Positions 10,156-19,354 of a stretch of 64,000 nt of DNA are shown here, piece after piece (position 1 is the stretch's first letter; the number at the start of each line of letters is the position of its first letter). The stretch comes from Bacteroidota bacterium (lineage in GTDB: Bacteria; Bacteroidota; Bacteroidia; NS11-12g; UBA955): positions 16,567-80,566 of the forward strand of contig VGGQ01000001.1 of assembly GCA_016868535.1 (NCBI GenBank), read 5' to 3'. Under the pieces are notes generated by a model. It saw only the letters and a program-made list of their open reading frames with translations, was not told where the DNA came from and made no database searches. Position numbers and translations under genes: made by a program.

Positions 10156-10382
10156 GATAGATTCTCTTTGTCTTTGTCTTTGTCTTTGTCTCTGTCCATT
10201 CTGCTCACTTTTCTGTCCAGGTAAACCAAATAACCGGTAACGCCTGCAAAAATGATTACCAGTACAGCAGCCACTACATTGAATTTGGCATTGCCACGCA
10301 TGGGGCTGTTGTCAGCAAGCAACGGCGTTGTAGTGCTTAACAAAAACAGCAGAATTATTTGGAAAATTGACTCTTTTTTCAT
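10152..10382 (-). CDS. ccmD: CcmD-like small single-TM protein with (DK)n tail
   Basis: 76 aa, one TM helix. Sits between CcmC and CcmE with start/stop overlaps. Confidence 0.4.
   Translation of the reverse strand: MKKESIFQIILLFLLSTTTPLLADNSPMRGNAKFNVVAAVLVIIFAGVTGYLVYLDRKVSRMDRDKDKDKDKENLS
10165..10194. repeat. Hexanucleotide tandem repeat (TCTTTG)x4 plus one degenerate unit
   Basis: Direct reading of 'tctttgtctttgtctttgtctttgtctctg'. Encodes DRDKDKDKDK in ccmD. Confidence 0.9.
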
Positions 10383-10386
10383 ATTC

Positions 10387-11403
10387 TTATGATATCGGAT
10401 TTTTTAATTTGTTGATTCTGTAGAGCAGCGAGGCTACCCAAAGGAAAAGTAGTATCCAGCCAATTACAGCCGGATAAAAAAACATCCTCATTGTATTATC
10501 TAAATCATACTGATTAAAACCCACGGTTCCCCCGGCTCCGGGGTGCAGGCTGTCTCCGCTCAATTTGGGCATAATCACAATAAGGGCAATGAAGATTGGA
10601 AATACAAACAGGTTGTAAACCGCACTGATACGGGCTTTCTGGTAATCATCGCGAATTCCGGACCTAAGCAGCAGGTAGGCACTGTACATCAACATGCCGA
10701 TAGCTACTCCATTGAGTTTGGGGTCATTTGGCCACCAGCTGTCCCAGGTTACACTAGCCCAAACAGAACCTGTAGCACAACCCAGAAAACCGGCCAGAAT
10801 GGCAATGCGTATCAGGGCATCGCTGCGCAAATCAAAGTGCAAATTGGATTTTACAAGATACTTAACCGAGTACACTGCAGAAACCAGCAATAAAAATATC
10901 ATGCTGAACCACATGGGTACATGGTAAAAGAGATTTCTGATACTTTCATTCAGAATGGGGCGGTTGGGGAATGCCACTACATGGTCATTCAAATCCTCAG
11001 AAGCAATTAGCTGAGCATTGCTTTTTCCTGTATCAGAAGTTGCGCGTGTAATGGAAACTGCAGATGGAAAAGCCATCCAGCGACCATTGGCCAGCACATA
11101 CAGATTGCTCATGCCTTCATGGCCCTCTTTACCCAGCCTCGGCATGAAATTAGCCTGCAAAACACCGTAATTATAATCCAGCCGGGTTGCCACAAAACCA
11201 AATTTATCGCCAAGCAGAGCCTTTTCGGGTTTAAATGCCTTACCCGGATTATAAATGTCTATGTTCAATGTGGTTGTGGTATCGGATATAATATTAATTT
11301 TATCAACGCCTGTAACCCCTGTTTTCAGGGGCACAAACAAACCTCCTACCAGCACATAAGCGAGCAAAAAGGTAGCGAGTATTTTCCAGAGATGTTTTGC
11401 CAT
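10387..11403 (-). CDS. ccmC: CcmC-like heme exporter/heme-handling protein with about 150-aa N-terminal periplasmic insertion
   Basis: 'NLFYHVP' His-loop motif, WWD-like 'VTWDSWWPNDPKLNG', second His in 'SLHPG'. Upstream of ccmD/E/F. Confidence 0.6.
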   Translation of the reverse strand: MAKHLWKILATFLLAYVLVGGLFVPLKTGVTGVDKINIISDTTTTLNIDIYNPGKAFKPEKALLGDKFGFVATRLDYNYGVLQANFMPRLGKEGHEGMSNLYVLANGRWMAFPSAVSITRATSDTGKSNAQLIASEDLNDHVVAFPNRPILNESIRNLFYHVPMWFSMIFLLLVSAVYSVKYLVKSNLHFDLRSDALIRIAILAGFLGCATGSVWASVTWDSWWPNDPKLNGVAIGMLMYSAYLLLRSGIRDDYQKARISAVYNLFVFPIFIALIVIMPKLSGDSLHPGAGGTVGFNQYDLDNTMRMFFYPAVIGWILLFLWVASLLYRINKLKNPIS

Positions 11404-11410
11404 TAACCTT

Positions 11411-12583
11411 TCAACCCACCTGTTTTCTGCGTTTTATTTCCTGCTCAATCAATGAAAGCTCGCGCCCCATTTGCCCTGCCACACTGCTGTTTTCCCTTGC
11501 CCTCCTCGTAAGATATGGAATCACGGCCTTCACTGGACCATATGGTACATATTTGCAAACATTATAGCCGGCATGGCTAAGGTTAAAGGAAATATGATCG
11601 CTCATGCCAAGCAACTGACTGAACCAAATACGCTCATCGGCTGCCTGTAATTGTTTTTCATGCATCAGTTCCATGAGGTAGCGGCTACTATTCTCATTGT
11701 GGGTACCGGCACAGATGCTTACATTTTCAATATGATGCACGCAATGTTTGAGGGCTTCGTTGTAATCCATGTCGGAAGCCTCTTTGTTGGGCTGAATGGG
11801 ATCTTTGTATCCCATTTTATTGGCACGTTTGCGTTCTTTTTCCATGTAGGCGCCGCGAACCAGTTTAAAACCCAGAAAGCAGGTAGCACCCACAATCTGG
11901 GTTTTCAGGTATTCCAGCCTGTCGTGCCTATAAAGCTGAATGGTATTAAAAACAATGGCTTTTTTCGTATTGTGGCGTTTGGATGCCTGTTTAGTTAGCC
12001 TGTCAATGGCATCCTGAATCCAACTTTCTTCCGCATCTACAAAAATTCTCACCTGCTTTTCTTCTGCGTGTAAGCAAATTTTATTGAACCGGTCTACACC
12101 ACGCTCCCATTCTGACTTCTCTGCTTCGCTGAGACATTTGTGGCTGCTCATTTTTTCCAGTAGTTCAAAACGGATAACTCCCGTTGTTTTAAAAACAGAA
12201 AAAGGTATGCGGCTCTTGCCTGCAGCAACATCAATGGTTCTGATAATTTCTGCACAGGTAGCGTTAAAATCATCTTCCCTCTCCTCGCCCTCAACAGAAT
12301 AATCGAGTATGGTCCCTATGCGAGAAGCGGCAAGCCTGTCAATCGTCTTACGACAGGTTTCGATATCCTCTCCGCCGCAGAATTGTTCAAAAATGGTGTT
12401 TTTTATCAGGTTTTTGAATCCCAGGGCAACAGCAATATTGGCCATTGGCGGACCAAGCGTCAGCAATACCGGGAAATTAAAAATCCTGAAAAGCAGACGG
12501 GCTTTGCTCAAACCCGCATTGGACATGTGTGCAAAAGCAACCTCGGTATTGGAAAATTCAACAAGTGAATTTTGCATATTCAT
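11411..12583 (-). CDS. Proline dehydrogenase (monofunctional)
   Basis: 'YVPYGP' and 'YLTRRARENSS' motifs of the PRODH family. About 390 aa. Confidence 0.7.
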   Translation of the reverse strand: MNMQNSLVEFSNTEVAFAHMSNAGLSKARLLFRIFNFPVLLTLGPPMANIAVALGFKNLIKNTIFEQFCGGEDIETCRKTIDRLAASRIGTILDYSVEGEEREDDFNATCAEIIRTIDVAAGKSRIPFSVFKTTGVIRFELLEKMSSHKCLSEAEKSEWERGVDRFNKICLHAEEKQVRIFVDAEESWIQDAIDRLTKQASKRHNTKKAIVFNTIQLYRHDRLEYLKTQIVGATCFLGFKLVRGAYMEKERKRANKMGYKDPIQPNKEASDMDYNEALKHCVHHIENVSICAGTHNENSSRYLMELMHEKQLQAADERIWFSQLLGMSDHISFNLSHAGYNVCKYVPYGPVKAVIPYLTRRARENSSVAGQMGRELSLIEQEIKRRKQVG

Positions 12584-12647
12584 TCTCTATGCAAAGGAAA
12601 TACAGAAAGCCCAAGGTTTATGCACAACTTAAACAGAAAATGGTCAG

Positions 12648-13169
12648 TTATGGCAGTCTCAGACCCAACTTCTCGATCATCTCTTTCCATTCGGGGTTTT
12701 TGGACAGCATAAACTCGAGTTTTTCCTTTTCCGTGTAGGGTTTTCGGTCGGTGATTTCAGCCGCACCTTTCTCAATACGCAGCGACTGAATTGCGCCTCG
12801 TGTTTTCTGGGAAACAAAACGGATAAAATCCATTTGTACATCCTCTATGGCGTCCTGCTGTGCGGCAGAAGCAATGGTAACTACCACTTCGCTACCCTGC
12901 AAAAGCGGTGTAATCGCTTTCATAAGGCTGGAAGCCCTGACGCCCGCGGTGTGGCTAAATTCCAACCAGCATTGAGTGAGTATTTCCTGGTTCACAGGCT
13001 GTGGCTCCGCAACCTTCTGGTCATCTTGCGGGGGTTCATCGTAGGCTATTTCGGATTGAACTACAATTGTTTCGGCTGTTTTATCTTCCTTAATGGCAAA
13101 GTTTCTGTCTTCCCGCTTTTTTTGTTTATAGGCATCAAATCCTGATAACTGAATCCTTGATTCCTGCAC
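12648..13169 (-). CDS. dnaX: DnaX tau-specific C-terminal region, in the -1 frame relative to dnaX
   Basis: The frame is open from 13262 through the A10 tract. The C-terminal 'WLEFSHTAGV...ITPLLQGSEVVV...' resembles the conserved DnaX C-terminal domain. The listed start is GTG. Confidence 0.45.
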   Translation of the reverse strand: MQESRIQLSGFDAYKQKKREDRNFAIKEDKTAETIVVQSEIAYDEPPQDDQKVAEPQPVNQEILTQCWLEFSHTAGVRASSLMKAITPLLQGSEVVVTIASAAQQDAIEDVQMDFIRFVSQKTRGAIQSLRIEKGAAEITDRKPYTEKEKLEFMLSKNPEWKEMIEKLGLRLP

Positions 13170-13231
13170 TTTGGCAGTATACTTTTGCGTAGATTCGGGC
13201 TGTTTGGGCGGTGCCTGATTTTGAACTTTGC

Positions 13232-14344
13232 CTATGGGTTCAGGGCTTTTTTTTTTAATTCCTCAAGGGTAGCAAAATGCGAGATGAACGACTTCAGGTT
13301 GGCCAGCTTCATCAGCGTCAGTTCCACCAGCAATCTGGGATGGCGGCTTATTTTATATTTCTCATCGCACTCGTTTAGCAGGTTTAATCCATTCAAAACA
13401 AGAGAAAAGCCCATAGCAGATGCCTGCTCGGCATATTTCTGCCTGAAATTATCTGACATATCAAGCAAAGCGGCTGTGCGGACGTCTTTACAAACTGCCA
13501 GATTGCGAAAATGAGCCGTCAGTCCGGCTATGAAAACCGAGCCCTCAAAACCACGGCGGATAATCCTGTCCAGCGCTAGTATGCAAAATCCAGCATCGCC
13601 TTTCAGAACAGCATCCGTAATTTCAAAATAAGTATCGGCATCCAGTTCATTGAGAATTTCCACTGCTTTCGAATAGGTAAGTCCTCCGTCGCTGTAACTT
13701 ACCAGCTGATCAAAAATGGAGAGTGCGTCACGTAATCCCCCGTCTGCCTTTCGGGCAATCAGATGCAGAACATCTTCTTCTGCCGAAACCCTCTCTTTTT
13801 GGGCAATTTCCCTGAGGTGATCTACGATATCACGCACCTCAATCCTGTTGAAGTTAAAAACCTGACAACGGCTGAGAATGGTTGGTAATATTTTATGTTT
13901 TGCGGTGGTAGCAAGAATAAAAATAGCATAAGGCGGGGGTTCTTCCAGTGTCTTCAAAAATGCATTGAAGGCGCTGGCTGAGAGCATGTGCACCTCATCA
14001 ATAATATACACTTTATACTTTCCCACTTGTGGAGGAATCCTAACCTGCTCGAGCAGGTTGCGCATATCATCAACAGTATTGTTACTGGCGGCATCAAGTT
14101 CAAAAATATTGAAAGCAAAATCCTGCTTTGGATCTACTTCCCCGCCCTTGCGGTTGATGACTTTGGCCAGAATCCTTGCACAGGTGGTTTTACCAACACC
14201 GCGGGGACCTGTGAATAGAAATGCCTGGGCAAGTTTATTGCTTTCGATTTCACGCATCAGCGTATCTGCCACGTGCTTCTGACCAACCACCGCGTCAAAA
14301 TGGGTTGGACGATACTTGCGTGCTGATACGATATACGGTTCCAT
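13232..14344 (-). CDS. dnaX: DNA polymerase III gamma/tau subunit, domains I-III, 370 aa in-frame product
   Basis: 'FLFTGPRGVGKTTCARILA' Walker A, and the SRC clamp-loader motif 'LSRC'. Terminates 'EELKKKALNP*' just after the A10 run. Confidence 0.9.
   Translation of the reverse strand: MEPYIVSARKYRPTHFDAVVGQKHVADTLMREIESNKLAQAFLFTGPRGVGKTTCARILAKVINRKGGEVDPKQDFAFNIFELDAASNNTVDDMRNLLEQVRIPPQVGKYKVYIIDEVHMLSASAFNAFLKTLEEPPPYAIFILATTAKHKILPTILSRCQVFNFNRIEVRDIVDHLREIAQKERVSAEEDVLHLIARKADGGLRDALSIFDQLVSYSDGGLTYSKAVEILNELDADTYFEITDAVLKGDAGFCILALDRIIRRGFEGSVFIAGLTAHFRNLAVCKDVRTAALLDMSDNFRQKYAEQASAMGFSLVLNGLNLLNECDEKYKISRHPRLLVELTLMKLANLKSFISHFATLEELKKKALNP
13247..13256 (-). other. A10 homopolymer slippery tract at the dnaX gamma/tau junction
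   Basis: mRNA reads UUA AAA AAA AAA GCC. A -1 shift or one extra A fuses the downstream ORF. Confidence 0.5.
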
Positions 14345-14500
14345 ATACCGATTGCAAAATAAAACGGAAGGCGTCAGGTTGACAAGGTTTGTGCATAATT
14401 GATGAAAATAATTTTACAGTCCCAATATTCAACAAAAGTGAAAGTTTAGTTAACCAGAATATAAGAAACCTTTCGCATCTTTGTAACCACAAATTTTTTT

Positions 14501-17395
14501 ATGCGAATTTTATTGGTGGGGTGTTTGGTGCTTGTCGGCAGTGAACTTGGGGCGCAGGTCAATAATTCCGGAGTTGAGATACCTGTTTCCGGTAAGATAC
14601 AATCCAGTGGGGGAAAAGCTATTTATCCCTGTTTCATAAAATTCACTCGTCTTGACTCCGACTCGCCTGTTCTTAAATCCCGCACAGATTCATCCGGATT
14701 TTTCCGCCTAAAACTTTTATTACCGGGAAAATACAGACTGAATGCAGTTGCCGAAGGTTACGAAATGTACACAGGTACTTTTTCTTTTGAAGATAACAGC
14801 GAATACTACGACTTGCGCATTTTGTGCATGAAAGACAGCGATACAGGTAAACTCAGAGAAGTTTTAATTGTTGAGGATGTCGTTGCAGTAAGAATCAAAG
14901 GCGATACAACGGAACATGCTGCCTCCTCATACAAAACAAATCCTGATGCTACATCCGAAGATCTAGTAATAAAAATGCCGGGTATGTCAAGCCAGAATGG
15001 CAAAATTCAAGCGCAGGGCGAAGAAGTAAAACGGGTTTTGGTTGATGGCAAGCTTTCCTTTGGAGACGACCCATCTTCCACACTCAGAAATCTGCCGGCT
15101 GAGGTAGTGGAAAAGATTCAGGTTTTTGACGGCAAAAGCAATTTGGCACTAGCCACAGGATTTGATGATGGAAATACCACCAAAACCATAAATATAATCA
15201 CAAAAATGAAGTTCAGAAACGGAAGTTTTGGCAAGGCCTATGCGGGGTATGGAACCGACGAACGTTTCAGAAATGGTTTCACTTACAACCGCTTTAAGAA
15301 TCAGCGACGGATAACCATTTTGGGCTCACTGAACAACGTGAACGAACAAAACTTCAGTACCGAAGACCTGATGGGTGTGATGGCCGGTGGCGGAGGTGGC
15401 GGTGGAATGAGGAACATGCCGGGTGGCGGGAGTTGGAAACCTATGATGCGAAACAGCAATTACGGTGCAACTGCCATGGATAATTTCCTGGTTGACCAAC
15501 GCAATGGCATTTCCACCACAGAGGCTTTTGGTTTAAACTACAGTAACTACTGGAAAAAAGCCGAAGTGTCTGCATCCTATTTTTTCAACCGGTCAGTAAA
15601 CGAGAATGTGTGTATCACAAAGCGTTACTTCGTTACTGGTTCGGAAAGCCAGTTAAATTATCAGGAAAACAGCACGTCAGAAATCCTGAATTCCAACCAT
15701 AGATTCAATCTTAGGTATGAATGGAAACCTGACAGCATGCACAGTTTACTGATTGCGCCCAAATTCAGTTTCCAGAACAACAATCCGGAATCAGATGTTA
15801 CCGGCTTGAACAGTATCATCAGACCTCCTTTCATCAGCCGTGTGGACATCAACAAGGCTGTTAATCAATATGTTTCAAATTTGAAAGGGTTCAATGGATC
15901 TATTGGCTTTCAGTACACGGTTCGGTTCAAAAAAACCGGACGTTCTTTAACCTTAGGTGCTACGCCAACTGTTTCTGGCAATAATGGCAACAATGACTGG
16001 AGAACAGAAAATGACAGGCCCACAGACACGTTTGCTGCAAGCATAAATGATGTGCGGGCCAATCAGATTCGCGAAAATTATGGCAGTTCGGGCTCGGTGA
16101 CATGGACAGAACCGGCAGGTAAAAACGGCCAGTTGAGTTTTTCTGTGAATGGCAATTACAGCCGAAGCAAGAACGATATAGAAACCAATGCACTGGATAC
16201 GGCAAAAGAAATATATTCGATACTCGACACACTGCTATCTAGCAAATTCGATAGCCGATACACCTCTGCGAGTGCTGGTCTTGCTTATCGCTGGCAAAAA
16301 GGAAAATGGAGCTGGAATGTGAGCCTGAATGCACAACGTGCAACCCTTTTTAACGAACAGGTTTTCCCAAAATTATATAACCTGAATACCAGCTTCCCCA
16401 GTCTACTTCCGGGAGCTATGGTCATATTTAAACCCAATGAAAAAGAAGGGCTGCGCATTTTCTACCGAACCAATAACAATGCTCCCTCCATCTATCAGTT
16501 GCAGGATGTGGTCAACAACAGTAATCCTTTGTCGGTCAGCACCGGAAATCCTAACCTGGCTCAGGATCTTCAACATGGTATTTTTATGCGTTACTCACGG
16601 GCAAATCCCAAAAAAGGAAATTCATTATTTGCCATGATTGGTGGCACTCTTACCCGCAATTATGTAAGCAACAGTGCGTTTATAGCCACATCCGACACCC
16701 AACTTCTACCTGGTTTGTTCTTAAACCGCGGAGCGCAGTTCACCCGTCCAGTTAACATGAATGGTCAAGGCGGTCTCAGGTCTTTTATCAATTATGGATT
16801 ACCCCTGAGTTCCCTCAAATGTAATTTCAACATTAATGTGGGCATTATTTACGGCAGAACACCCGGTATGGTGAACGGATTAATGAATTATTCAAACAGT
16901 CTCTCACCCAGCATTGGCGTGGTGTTGAGTAGTAATATTTCTGAGAAGGTTGATTTCATAATATCTTCCAACACATCGGTTACAGAAGTAAAGAACACTT
17001 TACAAACGTCGCTAGACAGCCGCTTCACCAACCAGAGCAGCCGCTTCCGCATTCAGGTTCAGCCCTGGAAAGGCCTTGTACTGCAGACAGATATCTACCA
17101 CCAGCTTTTTAAAGGTCTTTCGGGCGGCCTCAATAACAATTTTCTGCTATGGAATGCCGGAATTGGTTATAAATTTTTAAAGAAGAGGGCGGCTGAAATT
17201 CGATTTACTGCCTTTGACTTAATGAAACAGAATAACAGTCTTAACAGAAACATTACCGAAACCTATTATGAGGATGTCCAGACCAACGTTCTGCAGCGCT
17301 ACTACATGCTTACTTTCACGTACAACCTGAGGGCTTTCAAGCTGCCTGAAGGAAAAGAGGGCCGGGATGAACGCAAAATGTGGCATCCCCGCTAA
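14501..17395 (+). CDS. Outer-membrane beta-barrel protein with carboxypeptidase-regulatory-like N-terminal domain (TonB-dependent-receptor-like, PF14905-type)
   Basis: Signal peptide, a CarbopepD_reg-like N-terminal domain, Gly7 tract, and a long beta-strand-rich body. Confidence 0.55.
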   Translation: MRILLVGCLVLVGSELGAQVNNSGVEIPVSGKIQSSGGKAIYPCFIKFTRLDSDSPVLKSRTDSSGFFRLKLLLPGKYRLNAVAEGYEMYTGTFSFEDNSEYYDLRILCMKDSDTGKLREVLIVEDVVAVRIKGDTTEHAASSYKTNPDATSEDLVIKMPGMSSQNGKIQAQGEEVKRVLVDGKLSFGDDPSSTLRNLPAEVVEKIQVFDGKSNLALATGFDDGNTTKTINIITKMKFRNGSFGKAYAGYGTDERFRNGFTYNRFKNQRRITILGSLNNVNEQNFSTEDLMGVMAGGGGGGGMRNMPGGGSWKPMMRNSNYGATAMDNFLVDQRNGISTTEAFGLNYSNYWKKAEVSASYFFNRSVNENVCITKRYFVTGSESQLNYQENSTSEILNSNHRFNLRYEWKPDSMHSLLIAPKFSFQNNNPESDVTGLNSIIRPPFISRVDINKAVNQYVSNLKGFNGSIGFQYTVRFKKTGRSLTLGATPTVSGNNGNNDWRTENDRPTDTFAASINDVRANQIRENYGSSGSVTWTEPAGKNGQLSFSVNGNYSRSKNDIETNALDTAKEIYSILDTLLSSKFDSRYTSASAGLAYRWQKGKWSWNVSLNAQRATLFNEQVFPKLYNLNTSFPSLLPGAMVIFKPNEKEGLRIFYRTNNNAPSIYQLQDVVNNSNPLSVSTGNPNLAQDLQHGIFMRYSRANPKKGNSLFAMIGGTLTRNYVSNSAFIATSDTQLLPGLFLNRGAQFTRPVNMNGQGGLRSFINYGLPLSSLKCNFNINVGIIYGRTPGMVNGLMNYSNSLSPSIGVVLSSNISEKVDFIISSNTSVTEVKNTLQTSLDSRFTNQSSRFRIQVQPWKGLVLQTDIYHQLFKGLSGGLNNNFLLWNAGIGYKFLKKRAAEIRFTAFDLMKQNNSLNRNITETYYEDVQTNVLQRYYMLTFTYNLRAFKLPEGKEGRDERKMWHPR

Positions 17396-17413
17396 GAAAC
17401 GCTTCGAAATCGA

Positions 17414-18484
17414 TTACATGAGCGACTGATAAACTTGATTGAGTTGTGCTGCAATTTTGACAGCATCAATTTTAGAAAACAATTCTCTCCTTCCGGCTTC
17501 CATCTCGCTCTGATACTCTGTTGCAAGACTTTCTAACATCACAGAGGCAATTTCGTCAGAATTATTTGGTTTAAAATATCGTGCCGCCTTACCTGCAATC
17601 TCCTTAAAAACCGGAATTTCCGAAACCGCCATGGGACGACCGCAAACCGCAGCCTCTGCCAGCGGAATACCGAAACCTTCGAAAAAACTGCAATTCACCA
17701 CAAGCGATGCTCCATAAACCAGTGAATGCAGAGTAGGAAAATCGCAATTTACAAAAAAATGGACCCTGTATCCAAGCTTTTCGCTCTTCACAAATGAGCG
17801 ACACCTTTCCAGCGTTTCGCCGTCAGCTCCGGCGAGCACAAGATGGAGGTCTGTTTGTTTTTGTATCTTGGCAAACGCTTCAATAAGGCTGCCATGATTT
17901 TTTCGCTGCGTATAACTGCTTACATATACGATATACGGAAACTGTAAAGGCGATTCAGCCGGCTGTTGATACCAAACATCATCCACAGGCTGATAAACAA
18001 CCTTTATTCTTGCCGGATCTATTTTATAGAATTTTTTTAAATCGCTTGCAGTGGTCTCACTTGCAGCAATGACGACATCTGCATAGCGAAGTGCGTAATC
18101 GGTTTTAACACCATAAACCCAGCGGTTGGCAAAACTATAATATCCGGGAAATCTTCTAAAAATGAGGTCATGAATGGTTACCACTGTTTTCACACCGGAA
18201 CCGGCAAGGCCTACAGGTATTTCATTGGAGAGCCCATGATAAATCTGAATCCCTTTTCTGACAAGATCATTTTTTATACCAAACACTCTCCACAATGAGC
18301 CTTTACGGCGGGTTTCGGCAATTTCCAGACCGGATGTCAGGATTTTGCCTTCCCTGCCCGGGGCAAATAACACATATTTGTTTTCGGGATGGTTTTTGAG
18401 AAAAGCTGCAACCATACTTCGGCTGTAGTTTCCAAGTCCGGTGCGATTGTTAAAATATCGCTTAGCATCAAACCCAATAACCAT
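17414..18484 (-). CDS. Family-1 (GT4) glycosyltransferase
   Basis: 'EGFGIPLAEAAVCGRP' GT1 C-terminal motif. Confidence 0.75.
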   Translation of the reverse strand: MVIGFDAKRYFNNRTGLGNYSRSMVAAFLKNHPENKYVLFAPGREGKILTSGLEIAETRRKGSLWRVFGIKNDLVRKGIQIYHGLSNEIPVGLAGSGVKTVVTIHDLIFRRFPGYYSFANRWVYGVKTDYALRYADVVIAASETTASDLKKFYKIDPARIKVVYQPVDDVWYQQPAESPLQFPYIVYVSSYTQRKNHGSLIEAFAKIQKQTDLHLVLAGADGETLERCRSFVKSEKLGYRVHFFVNCDFPTLHSLVYGASLVVNCSFFEGFGIPLAEAAVCGRPMAVSEIPVFKEIAGKAARYFKPNNSDEIASVMLESLATEYQSEMEAGRRELFSKIDAVKIAAQLNQVYQSLM

Positions 18485-19299
18485 CAGACTGATACGTTAA
18501 AATCACGGAGGGTATCGTTCAGGGAAGTTTTGGTATCGGTACTTTCTTTGCGCTGGCCAATTATAAGCGCACAAGGAACATAAAAATCACCACCGGTGAA
18601 AGTCTTTTTGATGGAACCCGGAATAACAACACTTCTAGGCGGAATGTAGCCGCGGGGCAACTCCTTACCGCTTTCGGCATCTATAATTTTGGTACTCATA
18701 GTCAGTGTTAATCCTGCCCCCAGCACTGCCTGTTTTCCAACCCTTACTCCTTCTACAACAATACAGCGCGACCCCACAAAACAATCATCCTCAATAATTA
18801 CGGGAGCTGCCTGCACAGGCTCTAATACACCGCCAATTCCAACACCGCCACTCAAATGCACGTTTTTACCAATCTGCGCACAGCTGCCGACGGTTGCCCA
18901 TGTATCCACCATGGTACCTGAATCTACATAGGCGCCGATATTGACATAAGATGGCATCATAATAACCCCAGCGGCAAGGTATGCGCCATAGCGAGCTATG
19001 GCATGGGGAACTACCCTCACACCCAGTGTGGCAAAACCCGTCTTAAGTTTCATTTTATCATGAAACTCCATGGGGCCCGCATGAAGTGTTTCTATTTTGC
19101 GGGTGGGAAAATATAAAATTACCGCTTTTTTAATCCAGTCATTGTTTTGCCAGCTACCGTCAGGAAGCGGCTCTGCCACACGAAGTTTACCCTTATCCAG
19201 CCTTTCAATAACGCTTTCAATCGCATTGACATATTCCCGTTGTTGCAATAAACCTCTGCTATTCCAGGCCTCTTCAATTAAATTCTTTGTATTTTGCAT
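18484..19299 (-). CDS. dapD: 2,3,4,5-tetrahydropyridine-2,6-dicarboxylate N-succinyltransferase
   Basis: Hexapeptide-repeat left-handed beta-helix with a DapD-like N-terminus. True start is the internal ATG at 19299. Confidence 0.7.
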   Translation of the reverse strand: MQNTKNLIEEAWNSRGLLQQREYVNAIESVIERLDKGKLRVAEPLPDGSWQNNDWIKKAVILYFPTRKIETLHAGPMEFHDKMKLKTGFATLGVRVVPHAIARYGAYLAAGVIMMPSYVNIGAYVDSGTMVDTWATVGSCAQIGKNVHLSGGVGIGGVLEPVQAAPVIIEDDCFVGSRCIVVEGVRVGKQAVLGAGLTLTMSTKIIDAESGKELPRGYIPPRSVVIPGSIKKTFTGGDFYVPCALIIGQRKESTDTKTSLNDTLRDFNVSV

Positions 19300-19354
19300 G
19301 AAAATAAATTCCGTCGCAAATTTGCAATCATATTTGCGAAGTACAAAGATACCC

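Noticed and set aside
14345-14500. Possible SRP (4.5S/scRNA) gene upstream of dnaX, as seen in Firmicutes
   Set aside because: GGAAGG and GTCAGGT fragments are present, but they are in the wrong order and there is no GNRA-capped helix-8 complementarity. Looks like an ordinary AT-rich divergent promoter region.
19097-19354. N-terminal extension of the S9 peptidase ORF overlapping dapD
   Set aside because: The six-frame ORF simply runs upstream to a spurious start. The signal peptide begins at the ATG at 19355. Likewise dapD starts at 19299.
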